Assembly: GCF_018350175.1 (NCBI RefSeq)
Contig: NC_058383.1
Span: forward strand, 14,138,001-14,202,000
Direction: 5' to 3'
Origin: Felis catus
Lineage: Eukaryota
DNA: 64,000 nt
In this document: piece by piece, positions 61,580 through 64,000 of the stretch
Position numbering within the stretch: position 1 is the stretch's first letter
How the letters are laid out: each line of letters opens with the position of its first letter
The notes under the pieces: generated by a model
What the model was told of the DNA's origin: nothing
Seen by the model: only the letters and a program-made list of their open reading frames with translations
Database searches by the model: none
Position numbers and translations under genes: made by a program

Positions 61580-62182
61580 TTCCTCTTTCTCTTTGCCAAG
61601 GCCCCGATTGGATGCTGCTTGGCCAGTGCCTCTGTTGCAGTCTGTGCCCCTGTGTGTGGCTGGTCTGGTTCACGAGGCAAAGGACGAGCCAACAAGTGGG
61701 CATCCAGGATTTTCTCCTCGGCCCTTCTTTGCTGCTCTGGGGGCTGCCGTGTGAAGACATGATTCTCAGAGGTGCTGTAGCCGTTTTGTAACCATGGGCA
61801 TATTTCCAGGAGGATCAGGAAGATTCTGACCCGGAGCCCACACAGGACTGCCCGCCTCCAGTGTCCCTCTGCAGCCAGAAGGCTGTTCGCTGACTCAGGA
61901 TTCGCTTGGGAGGGCCCTCCGGCCCTGGCTGACAGGCCGGCCCACCCCACTGGCCTTGGAGCAAGGGCACGACAGGCCCAGGCTGGATCCCAGAGGCCTC
62001 TCTTGTGTCTCTGGCTTTTTTGGCAGCCACGGCACATCTGAGCAGTTGCCGGCCACGTGGCTTGGCCACAGGCCGGGCTGTGTCTGGGTTTCCCGTCTGG
62101 TAGCCAGTGGGTCTGCAGGAGAAGACCGAATCAGAGAAATCCATGCATGTGAGGAAAAGTTAGGGCCTCTGTGAGCCATTCT

Positions 62183-62400
62183 TTTTTTTTTTTTAATGTT
62201 TTTATTTACTTTTGAGACAGAGAGAGACAGAGCATGAGCAGGGGAGGGGCAGAGAGAGAGGGGAGACACAGAATCCGAAGCGGGCTCCAGGCTCTGAGCC
62301 ATCAGCACAGAGCCCGATGCGGGGCTTGAACTCACAAACCGCGAGGTCATGACCTGAGCTGAAGTTGGACGCTTCGCTGACTGAGCCACCCAGGCGCCCC
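62183..62400 (-). mobile_element. CAN-SINE
   Basis: TSD agccattctt. Confidence 0.94.
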
Positions 62401-63549
62401 AAGCCATTCTTATTCTTGCTATGGAGAGAGGTCCCCCGGCTGTCCCCAGCAGCCTCTGATGTCCAGGCAAAGAGGTACGGGATGGCTTGGCTTTGCAAAA
62501 GGTTCCCAACTCAACCCAACAAATGAGGTCTGTGCCGGTGGCTGGGCCCTCCTCGTACGTGGGGTGTGTGAGAAGTCACGGAGCCACCCACCCCCGTCAT
62601 TCAGCTCAGCGTCTGTGACCAGCTGTCCCCAAGGCGGGGCAGATGCCTACTTAGGTCACCCCAGGCAGATGGCGAACAGCAGGGTGGGGCCGAGAGCAGC
62701 AGCGTGCATCTCTGATGGGCCCACACTGCCTGAGCCAGAGGCCAGCGGGCCGCTTTGCTTGGAGGGACGTGCAGGGCAGGCCTCGGGCATCACCCAGCGC
62801 AGAGGACGCTGGGCTGAACTGGAGTCCATGACTAAGGCTGCCGGAAGAGGCGCCACGGCGAGCGGGCCCAGCGGATGGATGGGCCTGGACCCGAGAAGAG
62901 GAAGCAGAGGTTGCTTCTTGCGTTACCATTACTGCCGCTTCTGCTCTGCGCCTCTCCCTCCCCTCCGTGAGACCGATGTTGACTGATCAGTGGTTAAAAT
63001 TCAGGTGGAGTCCTCGTGTATCTGTCGAGATCCGTCAGCCTCACGACACAGAACACCAACTAACCGCACATCGAAGAGGGGTTTGTTTTCCTCCCGACCG
63101 GGGATGTGGGAATGGGCCGCTGCGGCGTGGGGAGAAGCCGAATGGCCGGGCTTTCCCTCCCTGCGGCAAGAAGGCTGCCACAGCTCCAGGCGCGCTGCCT
63201 ACGTTCAAGAAAGAGGGAGGGAAGGTGGCGACAGCGTCCGGGGAGTAACAGATTTCTCAGCTACCCCAGCCTCCGGCAGACTTTCCCTTTGTCCCTTTGG
63301 TCGGAACTCTGGTACACGGCCACTCTTAGTTGCAGGGGAAGCTGGGACGGCGTCTTTGGGGCCGGGAATGAGGCTGGGTTGGGCGGACAGAGAACTTGGG
63401 TGCCTGCCGGGAGAGAGCGTTAAGACCAGCGGATGCTGCCAAGGAAGGCGGAGACGAATCCAGACCCACCCCTGGGCGTGTCTTAGGTGGTGTGAACTTC
63501 GGTTCCGCAGATCCCCGACACGGGCGTGTCCAAAGGTAGGTCGCATAGG

Positions 63550-63721
63550 CCTGGTTCTCAAAGTGTGGTCCTGAGGGGGTACCATCAGCATCGCCTGGGA
63601 ACCTGCTACAAAAGTAAACTCTTGGGCCCCACCCAGGCACACTGGATCAGAAACTCTGGGGGGGGGGACCAGCGAAGCCCCCCAAGTGATTCCAGTGCAC
63701 GCCCAGATTTGGGAACCACTG
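63550..63721. mobile_element. MER5A
   Basis: tggttctcaaagtgtggtcc..catcagcatcgcctggga..gggccccacccag..tcagaaactctgggg..tttgggaaccactg. Confidence 0.85.
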
Positions 63722-63723
63722 AC

Positions 63724-63985
63724 TTGGAGGCCGGGACGTCGGAGATCAGGGCGCCAGCACAGGCGGGTTCTGGTGACAGCCTTCTTCCTGGCTTGTAGAT
63801 GTGGCTGGCTTCTCGCTGTGTGGAGAGAGGGAGGCAGAGGGAGGAGGGGGCAGGGGAGAGGAGGGGAGGGGGAGGGAGGCCCTACTTCCATCCTCACCCC
63901 CATCCCCCCACCACTGCCTTGGGGGTTAGGGCTTCAACATATGATTTGGGGGGGGGGTGGCGCACGGACATTCGGTCCATGATGA
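63724..63985 (-). mobile_element. MLT1A-type MaLR LTR fragment
   Basis: gagatcagggcgccagca..cttcctggcttgtagatg..gggggttagggcttcaacatatgattt..acattcggtccat. Confidence 0.78.
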
Positions 63986-64000
63986 CCGGGCAGTGGTTGG

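Noticed and set aside
255..62400. Recurrent peptides (MAQSVERPTSAQV.., QRETEHERGRGRE..) and tRNA-like heads
   Set aside because: These are translations and Pol III boxes of CAN-SINEs, not a gene family or tRNA genes.
61895..63903. Overlapping 170-232 aa ORFs on both strands
   Set aside because: GC-rich DNA with few stops; they run through SINE, MER5A and MLT1A sequence and show no recognisable domains.
1..64000. CRISPR array, prokaryotic operon or defence system, numt, processed pseudogene
   Set aside because: No regularly spaced repeats, gene-dense operon, mitochondrial-like or mRNA-like segment was seen; the DNA is mammalian and non-coding.

Overview
Mammalian genomic DNA from a cat-family carnivore, judged by about 46 tRNA-derived CAN-SINEs of the felid SINEC_Fc type. 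The window is non-coding and repeat-rich: SINEs, decayed L1/L2 LINEs, MaLR/ERVL solo LTRs (MLT1, MER21, MER68, MER73/74-like), hAT fossils (MER5A, MER45A, MER58, Charlie-like), MIRs and microsatellites. I found no confidently identifiable protein-coding exon, RNA gene or CRISPR-like array; the listed ORFs are repeat-derived or chance. Nearly all L1 fragments and about two thirds of the SINEs lie on the minus strand, which suggests a large intron of a gene transcribed on + (gene not identified). I see no new biological system. The most notable observations are (1) a ~0.6 kb local duplication inserted into an MLT1B LTR, with both paralogues carrying a SINE at the same site; (2) a ~700 bp (TCCA)n/YCAY array apparently grown from an L2 tail; (3) a 25-bp L1 insertion with a perfect 14-bp TSD; (4) nested inverted SINE pairs; (5) several weak candidate cryptic or micro exons. 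Repeat family names come from recalled consensus sequences, not a database search, and boundaries are approximate.
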